A DNA stretch of 64,000 nt. Origin: Eledone cirrhosa (taxonomy: Eukaryota). Both the position numbers and the translations under genes were made by a program. Position 1 is the first letter of the stretch; each line of letters starts with the position of its first letter. The stretch spans positions 21,576,001 to 21,640,000 of the forward strand of contig OZ024753.1 in assembly GCA_964016885.1 (NCBI GenBank). Direction: 5' to 3'. Positions 15,301 to 32,288 of the stretch are shown here, in pieces. Below the pieces are notes generated by a model, which made no database searches, was not told the origin of the DNA, and saw nothing but the letters and a program-made list of their open reading frames with translations.

Positions 15301-18300
15301 ATTGTAGTGTATGGACTGTAGACAATATATATAGACTCTACAGTCTATACTATGTATGGTAGTGTATGGACTGTAGACACGATATATAACATATACAGAC
15401 TATACTATGTATCGTAGTGTATGGACTGTAGCCAGAATATATAACCTCTACAGTCCATACTATGTATTATAGTGTATGGAGTGTAGACACAATATGTATA
15501 GACCCTACAGTCTATACTATGTATTGTAGTGTATGGACTGTAGACACAATATATATAGACTCTACAGTCTATACTTTGTATTATAGTGTATTGACTGTAG
15601 ACACAATATATAGACTATACAGTCTATACTATGTATTATAATGTATGGACTGTAGAAACACTATATAACCTCTACAGTCTATACTATGTATTATAGTGTA
15701 TCGACTGTAGACACAATATATATAGTCTCTACAGTCTATACTATGTATTGTAGTGTTTGGACTGTAGACACAATATATAACCTCTACAGTCTATACTATG
15801 TATTGTAGTGTATGGACTGTAGACACAATATATGTATAGACCCTACAGCCTATACTATGTATTGTAATGTATGGACTGTAGACACAATATGTATAGACTC
15901 TACAGTCTATACTATGTATTATAGTGTATGGACTGTAGACACAATATATAAACTATACAGTCTATACTATGTATTATAGTGTATGGACTGTAGACACAAT
16001 ATATAACCTCTACAGTCTATACTATGTATTGTAGTGTATGGATAGTAGACACAATATATAGACGCTACAGTTTATACTATGTATTGTAGTGTATGGACTG
16101 TAGACACAATATATATTGAATCTACAGTCTATACTATGTATTGTTCTGTATGGACTGTAGACACAATATATTGACTCTAAACTCTATACTATGTATTATA
16201 GTGTATGGAGTGTAGACACAATATATATAGACTCTACAATCTATACTATGTATTGTAGTGTATGGAATGTAAACACAATATATAACCTCTACAGTCTATA
16301 CTATGTATTGTAGTGTATGGACTGTAGACACAATATGTATAGACGCTACAGCCTATACTATGTATTGTAGTGTATGGACTGTAGACTCAATATATACAGA
16401 TACTACAGTCTATACTATGTATTATAGTGTATGGACTGTAGACACAATATATATAGACTCTACAGTCTATACTATGTATTGTAGTGTATGGAATGTAACC
16501 AGAATATATAACCTCTACAGCCTATACTATGTATTGTAGTGTATGTACTGTAGACACAATATGTATAGACCCTACAGTCTATACTATGTATTATAGTGTA
16601 TGGACTGTAGACACAATATATATAGGCCCTACAGTCTATACTATATATTATAATGTATTGACTTTAGCAACAATATATAGACCCTACAGTCTATACTATG
16701 TATTGTAGTGTATGGACTCTAGACGCAATATATAACATCTACAGTCTATACTATGTATTATAGTGTATGGACTGTAGCACAATATGTATAGCCCCTACAG
16801 CCTATACTATGTATTGTAGTGTATGGACTGTAGACACAATATATAGACTCTAAAGTCTGTACTATGTATTATAGTGAATGGGCTGTAGACACAATATATA
16901 GATTATACAGTCTATACTATGTATTATAGTGTATGGACTGTAGACACAATATATATAGACCCTACAGTCTATACTATGTATTATGGTGTATGGATTGTAG
17001 ACACAATATACAACCTCTACAGTCTATACTATGTATTGAAGTGTATGGACTGTAGACACAATATATATAGACTCTACAGTCTATACTATGTTTTATAGTG
17101 TATTGTCTGTAGACACAATATATATAGACACTACAGTCTATACTATGTATTGTATTGTATGGCCTGTAGACACAATATATATAGACTCTTAAGTCTATAC
17201 TATGTATCGTAGTGTATGGACTGTAGCCAGAATATATAACCTCTACTGTCTATACTATGTATTGTAGTGTATGGACTGTAGACACAATATATAACCTCTA
17301 CATTTTATACTATGTATTGTAGTGTATGGACTGTAGACACAATATATAGACTATACAGTCTATACAATATATTATAATGTATGGACTGTAGAAACAATAT
17401 ATAACCTCTACAGTCTATACTATGTATTGTAGTGTATCGACTGTAGACACAATATTTATAGACTCTACAGTCTATACTATGTATTGTAGTGTATGGACTG
17501 TCGACACAATATATAACCTCTACAGTCTATACTATGTATTGTAGTGTATGGACTGTAGACACTATATATATAACCTCTACAGTCTATACTATGTATTATA
17601 GTGTATCGAGTGTAGACACAATATGTATAGACTCTACAGTCTATACTATGTATTATAATGTATGAACTGTAGCTACAATGTTTAGACCCTACAGTCTATA
17701 CTATGTATTGTAGTGTAGGGACTGTAGACACAATATATATAGACCCTACAGTCTATTCTATGTATTGTAGTGTATGGACTGTAGACGCAATATATAACCT
17801 CTACAGCCTATACTATGTATTGTAGTGTATTGACTGTAGACACAATATATATAGACTCTACAGTCTATACTATGTTCTATAGTGTATGGATTGTAGACAC
17901 AATATATATAGACTCTACAGTCTCTACTATGTATTATAGTGTATGGAATGTAGTCACAATATATATAGACTCTACATTCTATACTATGTATTATAGTGTA
18001 TGGACTGTAGCCAAAATATATAGACCCTACAGTCTATACTATGTATTGTAGTGTATGGACTGTAGACACAATATATAGACTCTAAAGTCTATACTATGTA
18101 TTATAGTGAATGGGCTGTAGAGAAAATATATAGACTATACAGTCTATACTATGTATTATAGTGTATGGTCTGTAGACACAATATATATAGACCCTACAGT
18201 CTATACTATGTATTATAGTGTATGGATTGTAGACATCATATATAACCTCTACAGTCTATACTATGTATTGTAGTGTATGGTCTGTAGACACAATATGTAT

Positions 18301-21300
18301 AGACCCTACAGTCTATACTATGTATTGTAGTGTATGGCCTGTAGACACAATATATATAGACTCTACAGTCTATACTATGTATTATAGTCTATGGTCTGTA
18401 GACACAATATGTATAGACCCTACAGTCTATACTATGTATTGTAGTGTATGGCCTGTAGACACAATATATATAGACTCTACAGTCTATACTATGTATCGTA
18501 GTGTATGGACTGTAACCAGACTATATAACGTCTACAGACTATAATATGTATTGTAATGTATGGAATGTAGACACAATATATATAGACTCTACAGTCCATA
18601 CTATGTATTATAGTGTATGGAGTGTAGACACAATATGTATAGTCCCTACAGTCTATACTATGTATTATAGTGTATAGACCGTAGACACAATATATATAGA
18701 CTCTACAGTCTATATTATGTATTATAGTGTATGGAATGTAGACACAATATATAGACTATATAGTCTATACTATGTAATATAATGTATGGACTGTAGAAAC
18801 AATATATAACCTCTACAGTCTATACTATCTATTGTAGTGTACGGACTGTAGACACAATATATATAGACTCTACAGTCTATACTATGTATTGTAGTGTATA
18901 GACTGTAGACACAATATATAACCTCTACAGTCTATACTATGTATTGTAGTGTATAGAGTGTAGACACAATATGTATAGACCCTACAGCCTATACTATGTA
19001 TTGTAGTGTATCGACTGTAGACACAATATATATAGACTCTACACTCTATACTATGTATTATAGTGTATGGACTGTAGACACAATATATAACATCTACAGT
19101 CTATACTATGTATTGTAGTGTAACGACTGTAGACACAATATATATAGACTCTACAGTCTATACTATGTATTGTAGTGTATGGACTGTAGATACAATATAT
19201 GATCTCTACAGTCTATACTATGTATTGTAGTGTATGGACTGTAGACACAATATGTATAGCCCCTACAGCCTATACTATGTATTATAGTGTATGGGCTGTA
19301 AACGCAATATATATAGACCCGGCAGTCTATACTATGTATTATAGTGTATGGACTGTAGACACAATATATAACCTCTACAGTCAATACTATGTATTGTAGT
19401 GTATGGACTGTAGACACAATATATAACATTTAAAGTCTATACTATGTATTATAGTGTATGGACTGTAAACACAATATATAGAACCTACAGTCTATACTAC
19501 GTATTGTAGTGTATGGACTGTAGACAATATATAACCTCTACATTCTATACTATGTATTGTAGTGTATGGTCTGTAGACACAATATATAACCTCTACAGTC
19601 TATACTATGTATTGTAGTGTATGGACTGTAGACACAATATATATAGACTGTAGAGTCTATACTATGTATTGTAGTGTATGGACTGTAGAGACAATATGTA
19701 TAGACTCTACAGTCTATACTATGTATTATAGTGTATGGACTGCAGACACAATATATACATACCCTACAGTCTATACTATGGATTATAGTGTATGTACTGT
19801 AGACACAATATATAGACTCTACAGTCTATAATATTTATTATAGTGTATGGAGTGTAGACACAATATGTATAGACCCTACAGTCTATACTATGTATTATAG
19901 TGTATGGACTTAGACACAACATATATAGACGCTACAGTCTATACTATATAGTGTAGTGTATGGACTGTAGACAATATATAACCTCTACAGTCTATACTAT
20001 GTATTGTAGTGTATGGACTGTAGACACAATATATAGACCCTACAGTCTATACTATGTATTGTAGTGTATGGACTGTAGACACAATATATAGACCCTAGAG
20101 TCTATAATATGTATTGTAGTGTATGGACTGTAGGCACGATATATATAGATTCTACAGTCTATACCATGTATTATAGTGTATGGACTATAGACACAATATA
20201 TATAGACTCTACAGTCTATACTATGTATTATAGTATATAGACTGTAGACACAATATATATAGACTCTACACTCTATACTATGTATTGTAGTATATGGACT
20301 GTAGAATACAATATATAACCTCTACAGTGTATGCTATGTATTGTAGTGTATGGACCGTAGACACAATACATAACCTCTACAGTCTATACTATGTATCGTA
20401 GTGTATGGACTGTAGACACAATCATAACCTCTACAGTCTATAATATGTATTGTAGTGTATGGACTGTAGACACAATATATAGAACCTACAGTCTATACTA
20501 TGTATTGTAGTGTATGGACAGTAGACACAATATATATAGACTCTACAGTCCATACTATGTATTGTAGTGTATTGACTGTAGACACAATATATATAGACTC
20601 TACAGTCTATACTATGTATTATAGTGTATGGACTGTAGACGCAATAATTAGACGCTACAGTCTATACTATGTATTCTAGTGTATGGACTGTAGACACAAT
20701 ATATAGACTCTAAAGTCTATACTATGTATTATAGTGTATGGACTGTAGAAACAATATATAAACTCTACAGTCTATACTATGTATTATAGCGTATGGACTG
20801 TAGACACAATATATAACCTCTACAGTCTATACTATGTATTATAGTGTATGGACTGTAGACACAATATATATAGACCCTACAGTCCATACTATGTCTTATA
20901 GTGTATGGAATGTAGACACAATATATATAGACTCTACAGTCTATACTATGTATTGTAGTGTATTGACTGTAGACACAATATATATAGACTCTACAGTCTA
21001 TACTATGTATTATAGTCTATGGACTGTAGACACAATATATAACCTCCACAGTCTATACTATGTATTATAGTGTATGGACTGTTGACACAATATATAACCT
21101 CTACAGTCTATACTATGTATTATAGTGTATTGACTGCAGACAATATATATAGACTCTACCGTCTATACTACGTATTGTAGTGTATGGACTGTAGACACAA
21201 CATATAACCTCTACAGTCTATACTATGTATTGTTGTGTATGGACTGTAGACACAATATATATAGACTCTACAGTCCATACTATGTATTATAGTGTATTGA

Positions 21301-24300
21301 CTGTAGACACAATATATATAGACTCTACAGTCTATACTATGTATTATAGTGTATGGTCTCTAGACACAATATATATAGATTCTACAGTCTATAATATGTA
21401 TTGTAGTGTATGGACTGTAGATACAATACATAACCTCTACAGTCTATACTATGTATTGTAGTGTATGGACTGTAAACACAATATATATAGACCCTACTGT
21501 CCATACTATGTCTTATAGTGCATGGAATGTAGACACAATATATATAGACTCTACAGTCTATACTATGTATTGTAGTGTATTGACTGTAGACAAAATATAT
21601 ATAGACTCTACAGTCTATACTATGTATTGTAGTGTATGGACTGTAGACACAATATATATAGACTCTACAGTCTATTCTATGTATTGTAGTGTATGGGCTG
21701 TAGACACAATATATAGACTCTACAGTCTATACTATGTATTATAGTGTAATAGGGTGCACAATATATATAGACTCTACAGTCTATACTATGTATTGTAGTG
21801 TATTGACTGTAGACACAATATATAGACCCTACAGTCTATACTATGTATGGTAGTGTATGGACTATAGACACAATATATAAACTCTAAAGTCTATACTATG
21901 TATTATAGTGTATGGACTGTAGACACAATATATAGAGACCCTACAGTCTATACTATGTATTGTAGTGTATGGACTGTAGACACAATATATATAGACTCTA
22001 CAGTCCACACTATGTATTATAGTGTATAGAGTGTAGACACAATATATATAGACTCTACAGTCTATACTATGTATTATAGTGTATGGACTGTAGACACAAT
22101 ATATATAGACTCTACAGTCCATACTATGTATTGTAGTGTATGGACTATAGACTCAATATATAACCTCTACAGTCTACACTATGTATTGAAGTTTATGGAC
22201 TGTAGACACAATATATATAGACTCTACAGTCCACACTATGTATTATAGTGTATAGAGTGTAGACACAATATATATAGACTCTACAGTCCTTACTATGTAT
22301 TGTAGTGTATGGACTGTAGACACAATATATATAGACTCTACAGTCTATACTATGTATTGTAGTGTATGGACTGTAGACTCAATATATAACCTCTACAGTC
22401 TATACTATGTATTGTAGTGTATGGACTCTAAACACAATATATAGACACTACAGTCTATACTCTGTATTATAGTGTATGGACTGTAGACACAATATATAAA
22501 CTCTACAGTCTATACTATGTATTATAGTGTATGGACTGTAGACACAACATATATAGACCCTACAGTCTATACTATGTATTATAGTGCATGGACTGTAGAC
22601 ACAATATATATAGACTCTACAGTCTATTCTATGTATTGTAGTGTATGGACTGTAGACAATATATATAGACCCTACAGTCTATACTATGTATTGTAGTGTA
22701 TTGACTGTAGACACAATATATAGACTCTACAGTCTATACTATGTATTGTAGTGTATGGACTGTAGACACAATATATATAGACCCTACTGTCCATACTATG
22801 TCTTATGGTGTATGGAATGTAGACACAATATATATAGACTCTACAGTCTATACTATGTATTGTAGTGTATTGACTGTAGACACAATATATATAGACTCTA
22901 CAGTCTATACTATGTATTATAATGTATGGACTGTAGACACAATATATAGACCCTACAGTCTATACTATGTATTGTAGTGTATGAACTGTAGACACAATAT
23001 ATATAGACTCTAAAGTCTATACTATGTATTGTAGTGTATGAACTGTAGACACAATATATATAGACTCTACAGTCCATACTATGTATTATAGTGTATGGAA
23101 TGTAGACACAATATATATAGACTCTACATTCTATAGTATGTATTGTAGTGTATGGACTGTAGACACAATATATATAGACTCTACAGTCCATACTATGTAT
23201 TATAGTGTATTGACTGTAGACACAATATATATAGACTCTACAGTCTATACTATGTATTGTAGTGTATGGACTGTAGACATAATATATAAACTCTACAGTC
23301 TATACTATGTATTATAGCGTATGGACTGTAGACACAATATATATAGACTTTACAGTCTATACTATGTATTATAGTGTATGGACTGTAGATACAATATATA
23401 TAGACTCTACAGTCCATACTATGTATTGTAGTGTATGGACTATAGACTCAATATATAACCTCTACAGTCTACACTATGTATTGAAGTTTATGGACTGTAG
23501 ACACAATATATATAGACTCTACAGTCCTTACTATGTATTGTAGTGTATGGACTGTAGACACAATATATATAGACTATACAGTTTATACTATGTATTGTAG
23601 TGTATGGACTGTAGACTCAATATATAACCTCTACAGTCTATACTATGTATTGTAGTGTATGAACTGTAGACACAATATATATAGACTCTACAGTCTATAC
23701 TCTGTATTATAGTGTATGGACTGTAGACACAGTATATATAGACCCTACAGTCTATACTATGTATTATAGTGCATGGACTGTAGACACAATATATATAGAC
23801 TCTACAGTCTATACTATGTATTGTAGTGTATGGACTGTAGACACAATATATAACCTCTACAGTCTATACTATGTATTGTAGTGTATGGACTGTAGACACA
23901 ATATATAACCTCTCCAGTCTATACTATGTATTATAGTGTATGGAATGTAGACACAATATATATAGACTCTACAGTCTATACTATGTATTGTAGTGTATGG
24001 ACTGTAGACACAATATATTGACTCTACAGTCTATACTATGTATTGTAGTGTATGGACTGTAGACACAATATATAACCTCTACAGTCTATACTATGTATTG
24101 TAGTGTATGGACTGTAGACACAATATATTGACTCTACAGTCTATACTATGTATTATAGTGTATGGACTGTAGACACAATATATAAACTCTACATTCTATA
24201 CTATGTATTATAGTGTATGGACTGTAGACACAATATATATAGACTCTACTGTCTATACTATGTATTATAGTGTATGGACTGCAGACACAACATGTATAGA

Positions 24301-24777
24301 GCCTACAGTCTATACTATGTTTTATAGTGTATGGGCTGTAGACACAATATGTATAGACCCTACAGTCTATACTATGTATTATAGTGTATGGACTGTAGAC
24401 ACAATATATAGACTCTACAGTCTATACTATGTATTGTAGTGTATGGACTGTAGACACAATATATAACCTCTACAGTCTATACTATGTATTGTAGTGTATG
24501 GACTGTAGACACAATATGTATAGACTCTACAATCTATACTATGTATTGTAGTGTATGGACTGTAGACACAATATATATAGACTCTACAGTCTATACTATG
24601 CATTGTAGTGTATGGACTGTAGACACAATATATAACCTCTACAGTCTATACTATGTATTGTAGTGTATGTACTGTAGAAACAATATATAGACCCTACAGT
24701 CTATACTATGTATTGTAGTGTATGTACTGTAGACACAATATATAGACTCTACAGTCTATACTATGTATTATAGTGTA

Positions 24778-24958
24778 ATAGGGTGCTGGATTGGCAGTAT
24801 CGGTAGACCATCCTTTGACGCAATGAGTTACGGCCCTTGCCATTCTGAGTTCAAATCCCGCCGAGGTTAACTTTGCCTTTCATCCTCACGGGGTCGATAA
24901 AATAAAGTACCAGTAATACACTGGATAATTGCTGGCCTTGTGCCAAAAGTAGAAACAA
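24778..24958 (+). mobile_element. tRNA-derived SINE in satellite, copy 1
   Basis: A-box TGGCAGTATCGG, B-box GTTCAAATC, core gcctttcatcc..ggggtcgataaaataaagtaccag; ~17-bp imperfect TSD. Confidence 0.9.
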
Positions 24959-27665
24959 CTATGTTTTATAGTGCATGGACTGTAGACACAATATATATAG
25001 ACTCTACAGTCTATAATATGTATTATGGTGTATGGACTGTAGATACAATATATAACCTCTACAGTCTATTCTATGTATTGTAGTGTGTGGACTGTAGACA
25101 ATATATATAGACCCTACAGTCTATACTATGTATTGTAGTGTATTGACTGTAGACACAATATATAGACTCTACAGTCTATACTATGTATTGTAGTGTATGG
25201 ACTGTAGACACAATATATATAGACTCTACAGTCTATACTATGTATTGTAGTGTATGGACTGTAGACTCAATATATAACCTCTACAGTCTATACTATGTAT
25301 TGTAGTGTATGGACTCTAAACACAATATATAGACACTACAGTCTATACTCTGTATTATAGTGTATGGACTGTAGACACAATATATAAACTCTACAGTCTA
25401 TACTATGTATTATAGTGTATGGACTGTAGACACAACATATATAGACCCTACAGTCTATACTATGTATTATAGTGCATGGACTGTAGACACAATATATACA
25501 GACTCTACAGTCTATTCTATGTATTGTAGTGTATGGACTGTAGACAATATATATAGACCCTACAGTCTATACTATGTATTGTAGTGTATTGACTGTAGAC
25601 ACAATATATAGACTCTACAGTCTATACTATGTATTGTAGTGTATGGACTGTAGACACAATATATATAGACCCTACTGTCCATACTATGTCTTATGGTGTA
25701 TGGAATGTAGACACAATATATATAGACTCTACAGTCTATACTATGTATTGTAGTGTATTGACTGTAGACACAATATATATAGACTCTACAGTCTATACTA
25801 TGTATTATAGTGTATGGACTGTAGACACAATATATAGACGCTACAGTCTATACTATGTATTGTAGTGTATGAACTGTAGACACAATATATATAGACTCTA
25901 AAGTCTATACTATGTATTGTAGTGTATGAACTGTAGACACAATATATATAGACTCTACAGTCCATACTATGTATTATAGTGTATGGAATGTAGACACAAT
26001 ATATATAGACTCTACATTCTATAGTATGTATTGTAGTGTATGGACTGTAGACACAATATATATAGACTCTACAGTCCATACTATGTATTATAGTGTATTG
26101 ACTGTAGACACAATATATATAGACTCTACAGTCTATACTATGTATTGTAGTGTATGGACTGTAGACATAATATATAAACTCTACAGTCTATACTATGTAT
26201 TATAGCGTATGGACTGTAGACACAATATATATAGACTTTACAGTCTATACTATGTATTATAGTGTATGGACTGTAGATACAATATATATAGACTCTACAG
26301 TCCATACTATGTATTGTAGTGTATGGACTATAGACTCAATATATAACCTCTACAGTCTACACTATGTATTGAAGTTTATGGACTGTAGACACAATATATA
26401 TAGACTCTACAGTCCTTACTATGTATTGTAGTGTATGGACTGTAGACACAATATATATAGACTATACAGTTTATACTATGTATTGTAGTGTATGGACTGT
26501 AGACTCAATATATAACCTCTACAGTCTATACTATGTATTGTAGTGTATGAACTGTAGACACAATATATATAGACTCTACAGTCTATACTCTGTATTATAG
26601 TGTATGGACTGTAGACACAATATATATAGACCCTACAGTCTATACTATGTATTATAGTGCATGGACTGTAGACACAATATATATAGACTCTACAGTCTAT
26701 ACTATGTATTGTAGTGTATGGACTGTAGACACAATATATAACCTCTACAGTCTATACTATGTATTGTAGTGTATGGACTGTAGACACAATATATAACCTC
26801 TCCAGTCTATACTATGTATTATAGTGTATGGAATGTAGACACAATATATATAGACTCTACAGTCTATACTATGTATTGTAGTGTATGGACTGTAGACACA
26901 ATATATTGACTCTACAGTCTATACTATGTATTGTAGTGTATGGACTGTAGACACAATATATAACCTCTACAGTCTATACTATGTATTGTAGTGTATGGAC
27001 TGTAGACACAATATATTGACTCTACAGTCTATACTATGTATTATAGTGTATGGACTGTAGACACAATATATAAACTCTACATTCTATACTATGTATTATA
27101 GTGTATGGACTGTAGACACAATATATATAGACTCTACTGTCTATACTATGTATTATAGTGTATGGACTGCAGACACAACATGTATAGAGCCTACAGTCTA
27201 TACTATGTTTTATAGTGTATGGGCTGTAGACACAATATGTATAGACCCTACAGTCTATACTATGTATTATAGTGTATGGACTGTAGACACAATATATAGA
27301 CTCTACAGTCTATACTATGTATTGTAGTGTATGGACTGTAGACACAATATATAACCTCTACAGTCTATACTATGTATTGTAGTGTATGGACTGTAGACAC
27401 AATATATATAGACTCTACAGTCTATACTATGTATTGTAGTGTATGGACTGTAGACACAATATATATAGACTCTACAGTCTATACTATGCATTGTAGTGTA
27501 TGGACTGTAGACACAATATATAACCTCTACAGTCTATACTATGTATTGTAGTGTATGTACTGTAGAAACAATATATAGACCCTACAGTCTATACTATGTA
27601 TTGTAGTGTATGTACTGTAGACACAATATATAGACTCTACAGTCTATACTATGTATTATAGTGTA

Positions 27666-27846
27666 ATAGGGTGCTGGATTGGCAGTATCGGTAGACCATC
27701 CTTTCACGCAATGAGTTACGGCCCTTGCCATTCTGAGTTCAAATCCCGCCGAGGTTAACTTTGCCTTTCATCCTCACGGGGTCGATAAAATAAAGTACCA
27801 GTAATACACTGGATAATTGCTGGCCTTGTGCCAAAAGTAGAAACAA
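27666..27846 (+). mobile_element. tRNA-derived SINE in satellite, copy 2
   Basis: Near-identical to copy 1, offset 2888 bp. Confidence 0.9.
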
Positions 27847-30115
27847 CTATGTTTTATAGTGCATGGACTGTAGACACAATATATATAGACTCTACAGTCT
27901 ATAATATGTATTATGGTGTATGGACTGTAGATACAATATATAACCTCTACAGTCTATTCTATGTATTGTAGTGTGTGGACTGTAGACAATATATATAGAC
28001 CATACAGTCTATACTATGTATTGTAGTGTATTGACTGTAGACACAATATATAGACTCTACAGTCTATACTATGTATTGTAGTGTATGGACTGTAGACACA
28101 ATATATATAGACCCTACTGTCCATACTATGTCTTATAGTGTATGGAATGTAGACACAATATATATAGACTCTACAGTCTATACTATGTATTGTAGTGTAT
28201 TGACTGTAGACACAATATATATAGACTCTACAGTCTATACTATGTATTATAGTGTATGGACTGTAGACACAATATATAGACCCTACCGTCTATACTATGT
28301 ATTGTAGTGTATGAACTGTAGACACAATATATATAGACTCTACAGTCTATACTATGTATTGTAGTGTATTGACTGTAGACACAATATATATAGACTCTAC
28401 AGTCTATACTATGTATTATAGTGTATGGACTGTAGACACAATATATAGACCCTACAGTCTATACTATGTATTGTAGTGTATGAACTGTAGACACAATATA
28501 TATAGACTCTACAGTCTATACTATGTATTGTAGTGTATGAACTGTAGACACAATATATATAGACTCTACAGTCCATACTATGTATTATAGTGTATGGAAT
28601 GTAGACACAATATATATAGACTCTACATTCTATAGTATGTATTGTAGTGTATGGACTGTAGACACAATATATATAGACTCTACAGTCCATACTATGTATT
28701 ATAGTGTATTGACTGTAGACACAATATATATAGACTCTACAGTCTATACTATGTATTGTAGTGTATGGACTGTAGACATAATATATAAACTCTACAGTCT
28801 ATACTATGTATTATAGCGTATGGACTGTAGACACAATATATATAGACTTTACAGTCTATACTATGTATTATAGTGTATGGACTGTAGATACAATATATAT
28901 AGACTCTACAGTCCATACTATGTATTATAGTATATGGACTGTAGACACAACACATATAGATTCTACAGTCTATACTATGTATTATAGTGTATGGACTGTA
29001 GACATTATATATATAGACTCTACAGTCTATACTATGTATTATAGTGTATGGACTGTAGACCCAATATTTATAGACCCTACAGTCTATACTATGTATTATA
29101 GTGTATGGACTGTAGGCACAATATATATAGACTCTACAGTCTATACTATGTATTATAGTGTATGGTCTGTAGACACAATATATATAGACCCTACAGTCTC
29201 TACTATGTATTTTAGTATATGGACTGTAGACTCAATATATATAGACTCTACAGTCTATACTATGTATTGTAGTGTATGGACTGTATGCACAATATATATA
29301 GACTCTACAGTCTATTCTATGTATTGTAGTGTAGCGACTGTAGACACAATATATAGACCCTACAGTCTATACTATGTATGGTAGTGTATGGACTCTAGAC
29401 ACAATATATAAACTCTAAAGTCTATACTATGTATTATAGTGTATGGACTGTAGAAACAATATATAGACTCTACAGTCTATACTATGTATTATAGTGTATG
29501 GACTGTAGACACAATATATATAGACTCTACAGTCCATACTATGTATTATAGTGTATGGACTGTAGACACAATATATATAGACTCTACAGTCCATACTATG
29601 TATTGTAGTGTATGGACTATAGACTCAATATATAACCTCTACAGTCTACACTATGTATTGAAGTTTATGGACTGTAGACACAATATATATAGACTCGACA
29701 GTCCTTACTATGTATTGTAGTGTATGGACTGTAGACACAATATATATAGACTATACAGTTTATACTATGTATTGTAGTGTATGGACTGTAGACACAATAT
29801 ATAACCTCTACAGTCTATACTATGTATTGTAGTGTATGGACTGTAGACACAATATATATAGACTCTACAGTCTATACTATGTATTGTAGTGTATGGACTG
29901 TAGACACAATATATATAGACTCTACAGTCTATACTATGCATTGTAGTGTATGGACTGTAGACACAATATATAACCTCTACAGTCTATACTATGTATTGTA
30001 GTGTATGTACTGTAGAAACAATATATAGACCCTACAGTCTATACTATGTATTGTAGTGTATGTACTGTAGACACAATATATAGACTCTACAGTCTATACT
30101 ATGTATTATAGTGTA

Positions 30116-30296
30116 ATAGGGTGCTGGATTGGCAGTATCGGTAGACCATCCTTTGACGCAATGAGTTACGGCCCTTGCCATTCTGAGTTCAAATCCCGCC
30201 GAGGTTAACTTTGCCTTTCATCCTCACGGGGTCGATAAAATAAAGTACCAGTAATACACTGGATAATTGCTGGCCTTGTGCCAAAAGTAGAAACAA
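30116..30296 (+). mobile_element. tRNA-derived SINE in satellite, copy 3
   Basis: Near-identical, offset 2450 bp from copy 2. Confidence 0.9.
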
Positions 30297-32107
30297 CTAT
30301 GTTTTATAGTGCATGGACTGTAGACACAATATATATAGACTCTACAGTCTATAATATGTATTATGGTGTATGGACTGTAGATACAATATATAACCTCTAC
30401 AGTCTATTCTATGTATTGTAGTGTGTGGACTGTAGACAATATATATAGACCCTACAGTCTATACTATGTATTGTAGTGTATTGACTGTAGACACAATATA
30501 TAGACTCTACAGTCTATACTATGTATTGTAGTGTATGGACTGTAGACACAATATATATAGACCCTACTGTCCATACTATGTCTTATAGTGTATGGAATGT
30601 AGACACAATATATATAGACTCTACAGTCTATACTATGTATTGTAGTGTATTGACTGTAGACACAATATATATAGACTCTACAGTCTATACTATGTATTAT
30701 AGTGTATGGACTGTAGACACAATATATAGACCCTACCGTCTATACTATGTATTGTAGTGTATGAACTGTAGACACAATATATATAGACTCTACAGTCTAT
30801 ACTATGTATTGTAGTGTATTGACTGTAGACACAATATATATAGACTCTACAGTCTATACTATGTATTATAGTGTATGGACTGTAGACACAATATATAGAC
30901 CCTACAGTCTATACTATGTATTGTAGTGTATGGACTGTAGACATAATATATAAACTCTACAGTCTATACTATGTATTATAGCGTATGGACTGTAGACACA
31001 ATATATATAGACTTTACAGTCTATACTATGTATTATAGTGTATGGACTGTAGATACAATATATATAGACTCTACAGTCCATACTATGTATTATAGTATAT
31101 GGACTGTAGACACAACACATATAGATTCTACAGTCTATACTATGTATTATAGTGTATGGACTGTAGACACAATTTATATAGACTCTACAGTCTATACTAT
31201 GTATTATAGTGTATGGAGTGTAGACACAATATATATAGACTCTACAGTCTATACTATGTATTGTAGTGTATGGACTGTAGACACAATATATTGACTCTAC
31301 AGTCTATACTATGTATTGTAGTGTATGGACTGTAGACACAATATATAACCTCTACAGTCTATACTATGTATTGTAGTGTATGGACTGTAGACACAATATA
31401 TTGACTCTACAGTCTATACTATGTATTATAGTGTATGGACTGTAGACACAATATATAAACTCTACATTCTATACTATGTATTATAGTGTATGGACTGTAG
31501 ACAATATATATATAGACTCTACAGTCTATACTATGTATTGTAGTGTATGGACTGTAGACACAAGATATATAGACTCTACTGTCTATACTATGTATTATAG
31601 TGTATGGACTGTAGACACAATATGTATAGAACCTACAGTCTATACTATGTTTTATAGTGTATGGGCTGTAGACACAATATGTATACACCCTACAGTCTAT
31701 ACTATGTATTATAGTGTATGGACTGTAGACACAATATATAGACTCTACAGTCTATACTATGTATTGTAGTGTATGGACTGTAGACACAATATATAACCTC
31801 TACAGTCTATACTATGTATTGTAGTGTATGGACTGTAGACACAATATATATAGACTCTACAGTCTATACTATGTATTGTAGTGTATGGACTGTAGACACA
31901 ATATATATAGACTCTACAGTCTATACTATGCATTGTAGTGTATGGACTGTAGACACAATATATAACCTCTACAGTCTATACTATGTATTGTAGTGTATGT
32001 ACTGTAGACACAATATATAGACCCTACAGTCTATACTATGTATTGTAGTGTATGGGCTGTAGACACAATATATAGACTCTACAGTCTATACTATGTATTA
32101 TAGTGTA

Positions 32108-32288
32108 ATAGGGTGCTGGATTGGCAGTATCGGTAGACCATGCTTTGACGCAATGAGTTACGGCCCTTGCCATTCTGAGTTCAAATCCCGCCGAGGTTAA
32201 CTTTGCCTTTCATCCTTACGGGGTCGATAAAATAAAGTACCAGTAATACACTGGATAATTGCTGGCCTTGTGCCAAAAGTAGAAACAA
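32108..32288 (+). mobile_element. tRNA-derived SINE in satellite, copy 4
   Basis: Near-identical; ccatGcttt and catcctTacg variant. Confidence 0.9.

Noticed and set aside
24781-24870. tRNA genes at SINE heads
   Set aside because: A/B boxes are present but there is no complete cloverleaf, and the sequence continues into the SINE core
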